Source: an uncultured delta proteobacterium (GTDB taxonomy: Bacteria > Myxococcota > Myxococcia > Myxococcales > Anaeromyxobacteraceae). Taken from it: a stretch of 64,000 nt of DNA. How positions within the stretch are numbered: position 1 is the stretch's first letter; each line of letters starts with the position of its first letter. A model generated the notes under the pieces. It did not search any database. It had not been told where the DNA came from and saw only the letters and a list, made by a program, of their open reading frames with translations. A program made the translations under genes and the position numbers. The DNA lies in the NCBI GenBank assembly GCA_963814585.1, contig CAWFDF010000003.1, positions 288,001-352,000 on the forward strand, written 5' to 3'. Shown here one piece after another: positions 1-11,011 of this stretch.

Positions 1-566
1 CTGAGCGCACGCCCCGGCGTACTTCGCGCCAGGGCGCGGTCGCACTTGCGAGAGGCTCCCGGGAGCGGTGGGGCCCCGCCGGGACCAGGGGAGCCGTCGA
101 GACCCGGCAGCGAGACCACACGCGGCCCCATCGAGAGGCTCCCGGGAGCGGCGGGGCCCTGCCGGCCGGGAGCGAGCCGCGCAGCCCCAGCTCCGCTCGC
201 ACCAGCGGACCGGCAGCTGGCGAGCGGGCGCGCCGCAGGCGGGACGAGCTCCCCGGCCCGGCGGGGCTCCACCGCGACCAAGGGAGCCGTCGTGCCCCCC
301 GGCAGCGAGACCACGCGCAGCCCTTCGAGAGGCTCCCGGGAGCGGCGGGGCTCCACCGCGACCAAGGGAGCCGTCGTGCCCCCCGGCAGCGAGACCACGC
401 GCAGCCCCATCGAGAGGCTCCCGGGAGCGGCGGGGCTCCACCGAGACCAAGGGAGCCGTCGTGCCCCCCGGCAGCGAGACCACGCGCAGCCCCATCGAGA
501 GGCTCCCGGGAGCGGCGGGGTCCCGCCGGCCGGGAGCGAGCCGCGCAGCCCCAGCTCCGCTCGCAC
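1..566. repeat. Mosaic non-coding repeat array with ~85-bp units and a palindromic core
   Basis: CGAGAGGCTCCCGGGAGCGG(C/T)GGGG starts at 49, 132, 326, 411 and 496 (85-bp period for the last three); it contains the perfect palindrome GCTCCCGGGAGC; a second module at 157-202 recurs at 521-566. Confidence 0.95.
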
Positions 567-802
567 AAGCGCCCGAGGGTGCCGGTCAGGCAGCGGGTGC
601 GCTCCTTCCCGCGGCGACTCCGCTTCCTGGCGGCTCGGGATCCGGCCCTTTGCTCGAGGGTGTTCGGCCTCTTCACCCGGGCCGTGCTCGCCTGGCAGCG
701 ACCCGCCTCCCCACCCGACCGTCCACGGATGCTGACGTCATGCCGCCTCCCGCTCCCCTCGTTAGGATTGCCGTACGCTTCCATCCCGAAGGAGACAGCG
801 CC

Positions 803-1423
803 ATGGCCAAGTTGACGATGACAACCTTCGTGTCTCTCGACGGCGTGATGCAGGGGCCGGGCGGGCCGCAGGAGGATGTGAGCGGCGGTTTCCAGCACGG
901 CGGGTGGGTGGTGCCCTACTTCGACCAGGCTTTCGGCGAGTTCATGGCCTCGGTCTTCTCGCGACCCATCGCCTTCCTGCTGGGACGTGGGACGTACCAG
1001 ATCTTCGCCGGCCACTGGCCCAAGGTGACCGACCCGGACGACCTGGTGGCGCGGAAGCTCAACGGGCTGCCGAAGTACGTGGCCTCGCGGACGCTGGAGA
1101 GCGTCGACTGGGCCGGGAGCAGCCTGGTGCGCGAGGTGCCGGTCGAGGTGGCGGCGTTGAAGCGCACCCTCGGTGACGGCGAGCTGCAGGTGCACGGCAG
1201 CCCCGGGCTGGCGCAGACCCTGCTGCACCGCGGGCTGGTCGACGAGCTCAACCTGCTCACCTTCCCGCTGGTGCTCGGGAGCGGCAAGCGGCTCTTCGAA
1301 GGCGGGGCGGCGCCGGCGGCGTTCGAGCTGGTCTCCTCCCAGGTCTCCAGCACCGGCGTGGTGCTGACCCGCCACCGGCTGGTCGGGCAGCCGAAGTACG
1401 GTGAGGTCCCGCCGCCGATGTAG
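803..1423 (+). CDS. Dihydrofolate reductase family protein (RibD C-terminal-like)
   Basis: MAKLTMTTFVSLDGVMQGPGG, LLGRGTY, LQVHGSPGLAQTL, LVDEL..FPLVLGSGKRLF; AAGGAG RBS before ATG 803. Confidence 0.92.
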   Translation: MAKLTMTTFVSLDGVMQGPGGPQEDVSGGFQHGGWVVPYFDQAFGEFMASVFSRPIAFLLGRGTYQIFAGHWPKVTDPDDLVARKLNGLPKYVASRTLESVDWAGSSLVREVPVEVAALKRTLGDGELQVHGSPGLAQTLLHRGLVDELNLLTFPLVLGSGKRLFEGGAAPAAFELVSSQVSSTGVVLTRHRLVGQPKYGEVPPPM

Positions 1424-1495
1424 TCGGGCGGCCGGGCGCCAGTCATGGCGCCCGGGCCTCTGGCCAGCACCTCCAGCCCGCGCTGGAAGCGCGGC

Positions 1496-2797
1496 TCACC
1501 CCGAGTCGCGCGCTCCGTACTCCGCCACCGTCTCCCTCACGCCGCGGTACCGCGCCATGAACCGCTCGCCGAACGCCTGCCGCGCTGCGAGCCTGTTATG
1601 AGCGGCGCAGACGAGCCGAAGGTCGGCCTCCGTCTCGCCGCCCCACTTCGCCCAGGGGACGATGTGGTCGAGCTCCAGCCGGTGCGTCGAGCCACAGCAG
1701 CCGCCGCCGTCGAGCGGCCAGCTGCAGCGGCCGGCGTCGCGCTGCCAGACGGCGCGCTTCACAGCGGCCGGGATGGCTGCGCGGGGGGCGTCTCTGCGGT
1801 GAGGGGGCGGCTCGGTCAGGATCGGAAGGGCGGTCGTGTCCAAGGCGGAAATCGGCTGCGAGGAGGGCGCCTGCTGCGGGGCAGGCGTTGGCTGCGAGCT
1901 CTCGGTCGGGGACGCGGTGATGGTCCATCGCGGCCGCTTCACCAGCGCCCGCGCCCTCGCCTGCTTGTCGAGGAGCAGGTCGACCGCCGCGTCGATCACC
2001 TGGTCCAGCGTCGCGCCCGGGATGGCGTGGCCGAGGCCCGACCGGGCGGCCTCGAGCTTCTTGAGGAGCTGCCGCGAGACGGTGATGTGAAGCCGGCGCA
2101 AGTCGGCGGTGAGGGGTTCGGTCTCGTCACGCGGGGCCTGCGGCCTTCCGCCTCCCCCATTCGCAACTTCTGACGTCAGAAGTTGCGGAAGAGGGACCAC
2201 ATCCAGGTGCGCCTGATCTCTGGCGGCCAGGGAGAGTAGCGGCGGCCCGCCGAATGACTGCGGCACGACCGGCTCGGATCGCGATGGCGCCGCCGGCGCT
2301 TCCACTCTCGTCACGACCACCCTGGTCGCGGGGACCTGGCGCGGCTGGAGCTCGGCCACCAGCTCCTGCGCCTCGCGGGCCGAGAGGCCGAAGAAGCGCG
2401 GCGCCACCTGGGCATGGTTCTCCTCGGTGAGTACCTTGGCCAGCTCGGCGGTCGTGGAGAGACAGAGCCGGCCGTCGGCGAGCGGCTCGACGAGCTGGGG
2501 GAAGCGCTGGAGCAGGCGCGCGCCGTTCATCCGATGGAAGGCGGCGCTGTTGGAGAGCTTCAGCTCGACGTGGAGGAACGCGAAAAGGCTCGCATGCCCC
2601 AGCGGCTCCCAGCCGCGGTGGGCGTCAAACCGGGCCAGCGCGACCAGGAAGTCGGCCATCGCCGACCGCTCCGTGAACAGGAGCGACCTGAGTTCGTCGC
2701 GCAGCCGGCGTGCTTCCAGGAGCTCGAGGGGACGGCTGGCCGGAGCGTGAGCTTGCGCCGCGGCCGAGGAAGGGGTCGGGTGGGCGGTGGTCATCAT
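1496..2797 (-). CDS. HNH endonuclease with DUF222-like helical N-terminus
   Basis: C-terminal AIPAAVKRAVWQRDAGRC..CGSTHRLELDHIVPWAKWGG..LRLVCAAHN; N-terminal SLFAFL..LKLS..AFHRM..ARLL. Confidence 0.88.
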   Translation of the reverse strand: MMTTAHPTPSSAAAQAHAPASRPLELLEARRLRDELRSLLFTERSAMADFLVALARFDAHRGWEPLGHASLFAFLHVELKLSNSAAFHRMNGARLLQRFPQLVEPLADGRLCLSTTAELAKVLTEENHAQVAPRFFGLSAREAQELVAELQPRQVPATRVVVTRVEAPAAPSRSEPVVPQSFGGPPLLSLAARDQAHLDVVPLPQLLTSEVANGGGGRPQAPRDETEPLTADLRRLHITVSRQLLKKLEAARSGLGHAIPGATLDQVIDAAVDLLLDKQARARALVKRPRWTITASPTESSQPTPAPQQAPSSQPISALDTTALPILTEPPPHRRDAPRAAIPAAVKRAVWQRDAGRCSWPLDGGGCCGSTHRLELDHIVPWAKWGGETEADLRLVCAAHNRLAARQAFGERFMARYRGVRETVAEYGARDSG

Positions 2798-3075
2798 TCA
2801 CGGAGCGTCTCACGCCGGTCTGACGTTCTCTGGGCGCACGGACCACCGTGGAACCCAGCAGGGACGCTACTTTCCTGGTAATGGGCGGCGCCGCTGTCCC
2901 TCGCCCGGGTAGGCTCCGCGCATGGTCGCCAGCGCGCAGGTCACTCCTCAGCCCCGCGCCCGGGGTCGCTTGGTCGATGGCTGGATGCGCGGCGAGGTCT
3001 ACGGCGACCTGAACCCGCAGGCCCAGGTCACCGGGCTGCATGCCGTCGGACTCGTGCGGCGGGTTGAAGATCCCG

Positions 3076-3098
3076 CTACTTGCCTGCGCAGGCCTTCT
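3076..3098 (-). pseudogene. Orphan copy of the 3' end of the redoxin-TPR genes (KACAGK-stop)
   Basis: ctacttgcctgcgcaggccttct encodes KACAGK* on the minus strand, the same C-terminus as 3447..4268 and 4325..5149. Confidence 0.7.
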
Positions 3099-3146
3099 CC
3101 GGAGCTGTGCGAGCGGCTCCTCGACGGGGCCTCCCTCAAGAGCTGA
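3099..3146 (+). pseudogene. Orphan gene 3' end resembling the D-Ala-D-Ala ligase C-terminus
   Basis: PELCERLLDGASLKS* with G/C at every third position; resembles myxobacterial Ddl C-termini as recalled; 3143-3224 repeats window positions 1-82. Confidence 0.6.
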
Positions 3147-3430
3147 GCGCACGCCCCGGCGTCCTTCGCGCCAGGGCGCGGTCGCACTTGCGAGAGGCTC
3201 CCGGGAGCGGCGGGGCCCCGCCGGCCGGGTGCGAGTTTCGCAGCCTCAAGACGACCGCCCGGGCGGAATCGCACCTGGCGAGAAGGCGCGCCGCAGGCGC
3301 GGCGAGCGCCCCGGCCCGGCGGGACCTCGCCGCGACCAGGGGAGCCGATGCAGGTCACCGAGAGGCTCCCGGGAGCGGCGGCGCTCCGCCGCGACCACGG
3401 GAGCCGTCGTGGCCCCGGCAGCGACCGAGG
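3143..3430. repeat. Second, shorter and diverged copy of the mosaic repeat cluster
   Basis: 3143-3224 is nearly identical to 1-82; palindromic core at 3191 and 3359; the other modules are present in degenerate form. Confidence 0.92.
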
Positions 3431-3446
3431 CCTCCGGTGGCCGCCG

Positions 3447-4268
3447 TCACTTCCCCGCGCAGGCCTTCTTCCCCGCCAGGGCGTGCTTCTCGGTGGGGTC
3501 GAGCTTGAGGGCCTGGTCGTACTGCTTCACGGCGGCGGCGCAGCCTCCGCGCGCGGCGTGGACGTCGCCGATGAGGGCGAAGGCCGACGCCAGGGGGGCC
3601 TTCTCCAGGGCCTTGCCGGCGCTGGCCAGGGCCTTGTCGTACTGCTTGATCTCGAGCTGGCGGCGGCCGAGGTTGACGTCGCGCCGGGCCACGTCGCGGA
3701 TGTCCTCGCCCGGCAAGGTCCCGCGGGCCGGGTTGAGGATGCCTTCCATCCCGGCGGCGTCGAGCTCCCCGAGCAGCACCTTGATGCGCCCCTTGACGAC
3801 GTCGCAGTAGTCGATCTGCCGGTACATCTCGATGGTGGAGAGCCTGAACGCGCCGTCGGCGATCGCGACCATGGGATGGAGCCGGATGCCCAGCGCCCCG
3901 TAGATCTTGTCGTCCTTGTCGACGAGCACCGGCATGGCGATCCCGGTGCGGGCCACCAGGTCCTGGACCTCGGCCGGGATCTCGGAGGAGGAGACCAGCC
4001 CGACCCAGTGGACCGGCTTGCCGGCCAGCGCCTTCTCGCAGGTCGCCAGCATCCTGAGCGCGTCGTAGGAGCGCTCCTGGCCGGTGCGGAAGAAGACCAG
4101 GATGTTGGCCCTGGCCTTGGCCGAGAGCAGGCGCGCCTTGCCTCCGGTGATGGTGGCCAGCTCGACGTCCTCGATCAGGGTGCCGGCCGCGGCGTGGGCA
4201 TCGGCGGCCAGCGGCGCGGCCAGGACCAGCGCGGTCGAGACCAGGGCGAGGCGGAGTGGAGCGTTCAT
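3447..4268 (-). CDS. Exported redoxin-fold (AhpC/TSA/TlpA-like) plus TPR protein, no CXXC
   Basis: Signal peptide; GTLIEDVELATITG..ILVFFRTGQERS..PVLVDKDDKIYGALGIRLHP; C-terminal TPR (YDQALKLDP). Confidence 0.75.
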   Translation of the reverse strand: MNAPLRLALVSTALVLAAPLAADAHAAAGTLIEDVELATITGGKARLLSAKARANILVFFRTGQERSYDALRMLATCEKALAGKPVHWVGLVSSSEIPAEVQDLVARTGIAMPVLVDKDDKIYGALGIRLHPMVAIADGAFRLSTIEMYRQIDYCDVVKGRIKVLLGELDAAGMEGILNPARGTLPGEDIRDVARRDVNLGRRQLEIKQYDKALASAGKALEKAPLASAFALIGDVHAARGGCAAAVKQYDQALKLDPTEKHALAGKKACAGK

Positions 4269-4324
4269 GGCACGGCGGATGTTCGCACCCCGAGGGACTG
4301 GATGGTGGACGAAGTGGGGGCCGG

Positions 4325-5149
4325 CTACTTCCCGGCGCAGGCCTTCCTGCCCGCCAGGGCGTGCGGTTCGGCGGGATCGACCTTCAGCGCCTGGTCGAAC
4401 TGCTTCACGGCGGCCCGGCAGTCTCCCCGGGCCACGGCGATCTCGCCGAGCAGCGCGAAGGCCCCGGCGCTCGGTGCGACCCCGAGCGCCCTGCTGGCGC
4501 TGGCGGCCGCCTTGTCGTACTGCCCGATCTGGAGCTGCTTGCGGCCCAGGTTGACGTCGCGGTTGGAGACGTCCCTGGCGTCGTCTCCCGGCATGGAGCC
4601 CCGTGGCGGGGCCTCGACCCGGTCGAGCGCGGCCTGGCCGATCTCGCCGAGCAGGAAGCGGATGTGCGCCGTCACCACCTCGCCGTAGTCGATCTGCCGG
4701 TACTGCTCGAAGTCGGCCACCCGGGCCCTGGCGTCCAGCAGGAAGACGACCGGGTGGAGCCGGACGCCGAGGTGGTCGTAGAGGGCGTCGCCGGTGTCGA
4801 GGACCAGCGGCATCCTCACCCCGGTGCTGCTGGCCAGGGCCCTGGCCTCCACGGGCGTGGTGTCGGCCGGGATCACCCCGATGAACCGGACCGGCTTGCC
4901 GGCCAGTTCCTTCTCGCAGCGGGCCATGGCCTTGAGGGCGTCGATGGAGCGGTCCTGCCCCGCCTTGACGAAGACCAGCACGCTCACCCTGGCGAGGGGA
5001 TCGAGGAGGCGCACCTTCTCCCCGCTCGCCGCGGACAGCTCCGCCTGGGCCACCTGCGTCCCGACCTCGGCGTGCGCGCCGGCCAGGAAGGGGGCCGCCG
5101 CCAGCCCGGTCACGGCGGCGAGGATCAGGAGCGCGAGGTGTCGACGCAT
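4325..5149 (-). CDS. Paralogous exported redoxin-fold plus TPR protein, no CXXC
   Basis: Colinear with 3447..4268 (YRQIDY, RDVNLGR, QYDKA, KACAGK); VLVFVKAGQDRS at the CXXC position. Confidence 0.75.
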   Translation of the reverse strand: MRRHLALLILAAVTGLAAAPFLAGAHAEVGTQVAQAELSAASGEKVRLLDPLARVSVLVFVKAGQDRSIDALKAMARCEKELAGKPVRFIGVIPADTTPVEARALASSTGVRMPLVLDTGDALYDHLGVRLHPVVFLLDARARVADFEQYRQIDYGEVVTAHIRFLLGEIGQAALDRVEAPPRGSMPGDDARDVSNRDVNLGRKQLQIGQYDKAAASASRALGVAPSAGAFALLGEIAVARGDCRAAVKQFDQALKVDPAEPHALAGRKACAGK

Positions 5150-5252
5150 GGGTGACCTCTCGGTGCGAGCCGGGCGGCCTGGCGGCGGAGGTCGCCGGCG
5201 GCGCTGGCCCCGCCCGTGGGCGCGAGGGAGGAGGCGGCCTCGACGCGCCGGC

Positions 5253-6344
5253 CTACCTCGGCGCGGGCCGGGTGGGCGTCTTGTTGTCGTACGACCTGGT
5301 GTCGTGGCAGGTCTTGGAGCACGATCCGCCGGTGGGCAGCCGCGTGTAGTTGATCTTCAGCACGAAGCCCTTGGTGCCGTAGGGCACGCCCTCGCGGATG
5401 TGGTGATCCTGCTTGGAGGCGTGGACCTCGTGGCAGGCGCGGCAGGTGCGGCCGCGCTCCTTGTGGACGTGCAGGTAGTGCAGGTTGCGGGAGCCGTCGC
5501 GGAAGCCGGTCAGCGTGGTGGTCTCCGGGACCGAGACCACCTTGTCGTTGTGGCAGCCGTAGCAGAGCGCGTACGCCTGCTTCTCGTAGGGGGCGTAGAA
5601 GGCCGGCGGGTACGGCGCCACCAGCAGCCGGAAGTTGCTGCCCCCGTGGGTGCGGTGACACGCCGAGCAGTCCTTGGCCTTGACCGGCTCGTGCCAGACC
5701 TTGTTGCTGGTGAGCCAGGCCTTGAAGTTGGTCATGGGCTTGCCATCGCCGTCCACCATGCCGTCCTTCGAGTGGCAGGTGACGCACAGGTCGAAGGGCA
5801 GCTGGATGAGCAGCTTCTCGATGTTGGCGGCGTGGGGGTTGTGGCAGTTGGAGCACTTCTCGCCGGTGGTGATGGCGTCATGCCGGACCTTGGCGTTGGC
5901 GATCTGCTCCTTGACGCCCTTGTGGCAGCCCGTGCACAGCTGGACCATCTCGCCGACCAGCAGCTTCCTCTCGGTGGCGTTGTGCGGGTTGTGGCAGTTG
6001 GTGCAGGCCTCCAGGGCCGGCCGGTGCTTGACCTTGCGGGCCAGGATCGCCTGGAACTCGTCGTGGCACTGGAAGCAGGTCTCGTTGACGCCCAGGCTCA
6101 GGGGGCCGGGGCTGGCGCGGTCGTTCCGGGCGTGGCAGATGCCGCAGTCGCCGGCCTCGTAGGGAGCGTGGGACCACCTGACGCTGGGTCCAGGTGGCAG
6201 GGGCGCCACCGCGACGCCCCGGCGGGCCGCCTTCCTGGTCACCTCGGTCTTGAGCGGCGCCGCGACGGCTGGGGCCGCCAGCGCCAGGGCCGGCAGCAGG
6301 AGGAGGCGGGAGGCGCGCGCGAGCCGCATCATCATCGGGTCCAT
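5253..6344 (-). CDS. Periplasmic multiheme cytochrome c (9 CXXCH plus 1 CX3CH)
   Basis: Signal peptide; CGICH, CFQCH, CTNCH, CTGCH, CSNCH, CVTCH, CSACH, CYGCH, CRACH and CSKTCH; doubled CXXCHxPH pattern. Confidence 0.93.
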   Translation of the reverse strand: MDPMMMRLARASRLLLLPALALAAPAVAAPLKTEVTRKAARRGVAVAPLPPGPSVRWSHAPYEAGDCGICHARNDRASPGPLSLGVNETCFQCHDEFQAILARKVKHRPALEACTNCHNPHNATERKLLVGEMVQLCTGCHKGVKEQIANAKVRHDAITTGEKCSNCHNPHAANIEKLLIQLPFDLCVTCHSKDGMVDGDGKPMTNFKAWLTSNKVWHEPVKAKDCSACHRTHGGSNFRLLVAPYPPAFYAPYEKQAYALCYGCHNDKVVSVPETTTLTGFRDGSRNLHYLHVHKERGRTCRACHEVHASKQDHHIREGVPYGTKGFVLKINYTRLPTGGSCSKTCHDTRSYDNKTPTRPAPR

Positions 6345-6354
6345 TCCCGCATCG

Positions 6355-6699
6355 CTAGAGAAGCAGCTTCGCCTTCGTCGAGTTGTGGGGGTTGTGGCAG
6401 CTGGTGCAGGCGCCCTTCCCGGTGGGGTGTGACCGGCCCTTCCCGATCCTCACCGGGGCCTTGCCGGCGAACTCGTCGTGGCAGTCCAGGCAGGTCTGGT
6501 CGCTCACCCGGGCCCGGCCGGGGTTCCCGGCATCCGCCCGCTCGTGGCAGGTGTCGCAGGCGCCCTGCTCGTAGGGACCATGGACCACCGTGGCCCGATC
6601 CCTGGGGAGCGGCGCGAGCCGGCTCTCGCCGGCCTCGCCGGGGACCGCCGCCAGCAGCAGGAGGGCCAGGACGGCGTGGTGGATGACGAGGAGGCGCAT
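6355..6699 (-). CDS. Small triheme cytochrome c
   Basis: Signal peptide; CDTCH, CLDCH, CTSCHNPH. Confidence 0.9.
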   Translation of the reverse strand: MRLLVIHHAVLALLLLAAVPGEAGESRLAPLPRDRATVVHGPYEQGACDTCHERADAGNPGRARVSDQTCLDCHDEFAGKAPVRIGKGRSHPTGKGACTSCHNPHNSTKAKLLL

Positions 6700-6941
6700 G
6701 CGGTGAGGCTCCGATTCGGATCGTTGGGTGAGACCCGGCCGCCTGTTGCCCTCTCCTCTTGGCCCGGCCGCGTCCGATGGTCAAGAAACGGGGCGGGCAC
6801 CGGCCCGCCACGCCAGGCCCGCACCGCGCCGGGCGGCGGCGAAAACTTTACAGGGTGGGGTTCTGCGGCAAGGTGAGCCACTGGGCGATAGCGCCCGGAA
6901 GCGGCCGGCAGCCCGGCCGCCCTCCGGGCCAGGAGCGGCGG

Positions 6942-7793
6942 GTGGCGCGGGGTCGAAACCGGCGAACGGTGGAGAGGAAGCCAGGCGAGACGGCCCGCCG
7001 TCTCCGCCGTGCCGTGGCGCTGCTGCTCCCCACCTTCGTCACCCTGGCCACCATCGGCGGCGCCGGCTGGGCCACCTGGGCCTGGGGCGTGCAAGGCGAC
7101 CTGCTCCGCATCCGCGAGGTCCGCTACCTCGGCCTCTCGCAGATCTCCGGATCCGCGCTGGCCGAGCTGTCCCCGGTGCGACCGGGCGACCACCTGCTCT
7201 TCTCCGACACCGAGGTGATGGCCAGGGCCCTGCGCCGGAACCCGTGGGTGGCCACGGTGGAGATCCACCGGCGGTTCCCTCCCGCGCTCGAGGTGGTGGT
7301 GACCGAGCGCCAGGCCGCGGCGCTGGTCGACCTCGGCGGCCTCTACCTGGTGGACACCAGGGGGCAGGTCTACAAGCGGGCCGCCGCCGGCGACGGGCTG
7401 GACCTGCCGGTGGTGACCGGCCTGGCCCGGGAGGCCTTCGAGGCGCGGCGCGACGAAGGCGCCGAGGAGCTGCGGCTGCGGAGCGCGCTCGGCCTGCTGG
7501 GGCGCTGGCGGGAGGTCGGGCTCGATCAGCGCGCCGCGGTCTCCGAGGTGCACCTCGATCCGGTGCTGGGGACCACGGTCTACGCGGGCGACGAGGGGAT
7601 GGAGATCCGGCTCGGGCAGGGCGACCTGCCGCGCAAGCTGGATCGGCTGGACCTGCTGCTGGCCCGCCTCGAGGCGGACGGCGTGCAGGGCGAGGTGATC
7701 CACCTCGACAACCGGCGCCACCCGGACTGGGTGGCGGTTCGGGTCAAGGGGCGGACGGGGATGGTGGATGGGCGGGGTCCGAGAGGGCCCTGA
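6942..7793 (+). CDS. ftsQ: Cell division protein FtsQ/DivIB
   Basis: Single TM then POTRA (NPWVATVEIHRRFPPALEVVVTER); directly upstream of ftsA; AGGAG before GTG 6942 (start uncertain). Confidence 0.9.
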   Translation: MARGRNRRTVERKPGETARRLRRAVALLLPTFVTLATIGGAGWATWAWGVQGDLLRIREVRYLGLSQISGSALAELSPVRPGDHLLFSDTEVMARALRRNPWVATVEIHRRFPPALEVVVTERQAAALVDLGGLYLVDTRGQVYKRAAAGDGLDLPVVTGLAREAFEARRDEGAEELRLRSALGLLGRWREVGLDQRAAVSEVHLDPVLGTTVYAGDEGMEIRLGQGDLPRKLDRLDLLLARLEADGVQGEVIHLDNRRHPDWVAVRVKGRTGMVDGRGPRGP

Positions 7794-7844
7794 CGAAGCG
7801 CATCGGCGTGGGCGCGGCGCGCCTTCCGCCTGGAGGAGTCAGTC

Positions 7845-9074
<1,230 letters not shown>

Positions 9075-9092
9075 CCCGTGGGAGACCGGCAC

Positions 9093-10289
<1,197 letters not shown>

Positions 10290-10295
10290 CCGCCT

Positions 10296-10314
10296 GGCGC
10301 CGCCGGGCGGCGCC
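10296..10314. terminator. GC hairpin between convergent genes
   Basis: GGCGCCGC-cgg-GCGGCGCC, 8-bp stem, no U tract. Confidence 0.35.
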
Positions 10315-10875
10315 CTAGAAGTCGAAGCCGAGGCCGATCTTCAGGCCGGCCCAGCCCAGCTCGCCGCGCAGCGTGAGCGCGTCCCCGATCAGCAGCCGGC
10401 CACCGACGGCCAGCTCCGGGTACAGGCCCCCGTACTCGGTGTGGCCGTAGCCCGCCGGCCAGCCGGGCGAGTAGTCGTAGCTGGCGAAGGAGTACCCCAG
10501 CCCGGCCTTCGGGTAGACCGCCGCCTTGGGCGTGAGCCAGAAGTTCCAGATCACGCCGGCGTGCAGGTTGAACTCGGAGACGTCGTAGGAGTAGGGGCCC
10601 GAGTGGTAGGTGTTCCAGTAGCTCAGGTAGTCGAGGCCGAGGTCGAGATCGAGGCTGTCGTGCAGCTTGAAGCCGGGATCGTGGATCAGCCCCTGCGGCA
10701 CCAGCGGCAGCTGGAGCGAGACCCCGAGGCCGATGGAGCTGCTCCAGCCGAGGATGGCCCAGCCCACCGCCGACTTCGCGCTGGCCCCGCTGGCCGCCGG
10801 GGGCGGATCGGCCGCCAGGGCGGGGGACGCGGAGAGGAGGGCGGCGGCGACGGCCGCGGCGATGATTCGGCGCAT
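10315..10875 (-). CDS. Exported small outer-membrane beta-barrel-like protein
   Basis: Signal peptide MRRIIAAAV..ALA; aromatic-rich alternating strands; C-terminal GLGFDF. Confidence 0.7.
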   Translation of the reverse strand: MRRIIAAAVAAALLSASPALAADPPPAASGASAKSAVGWAILGWSSSIGLGVSLQLPLVPQGLIHDPGFKLHDSLDLDLGLDYLSYWNTYHSGPYSYDVSEFNLHAGVIWNFWLTPKAAVYPKAGLGYSFASYDYSPGWPAGYGHTEYGGLYPELAVGGRLLIGDALTLRGELGWAGLKIGLGFDF

Positions 10876-11011
10876 GCGGTGGCTCCTGGCTGGGTTGGTG
10901 CCACTCCATACTCCGGATGGCCGCCGTCCTGCCACCGCCGCGCCCTCCCGGCCACCATGGCGCCGGGGGCCCGGCCCGATCGCGGCAGCGACCGGACCGC
11001 TCGTGCCGGCC

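Noticed and set aside
1..566. CRISPR array
   Set aside because: Sequences between the cores are themselves repeated rather than unique spacers; no cas genes or AT-rich leader
46..802. ORF 46..735 and the long N-terminal extension of 68..1423
   Set aside because: Translations of the repeat array; the DHFR-like gene has its own RBS and ATG at 803
2922..3146. 74-aa ORF as a real gene
   Set aside because: It is a chimera spanning the junction of two unrelated gene ends
4268..4285. Sigma54 promoter TGGCACGGCGGATGT
   Set aside because: The -12 GC is missing and it points against the operon
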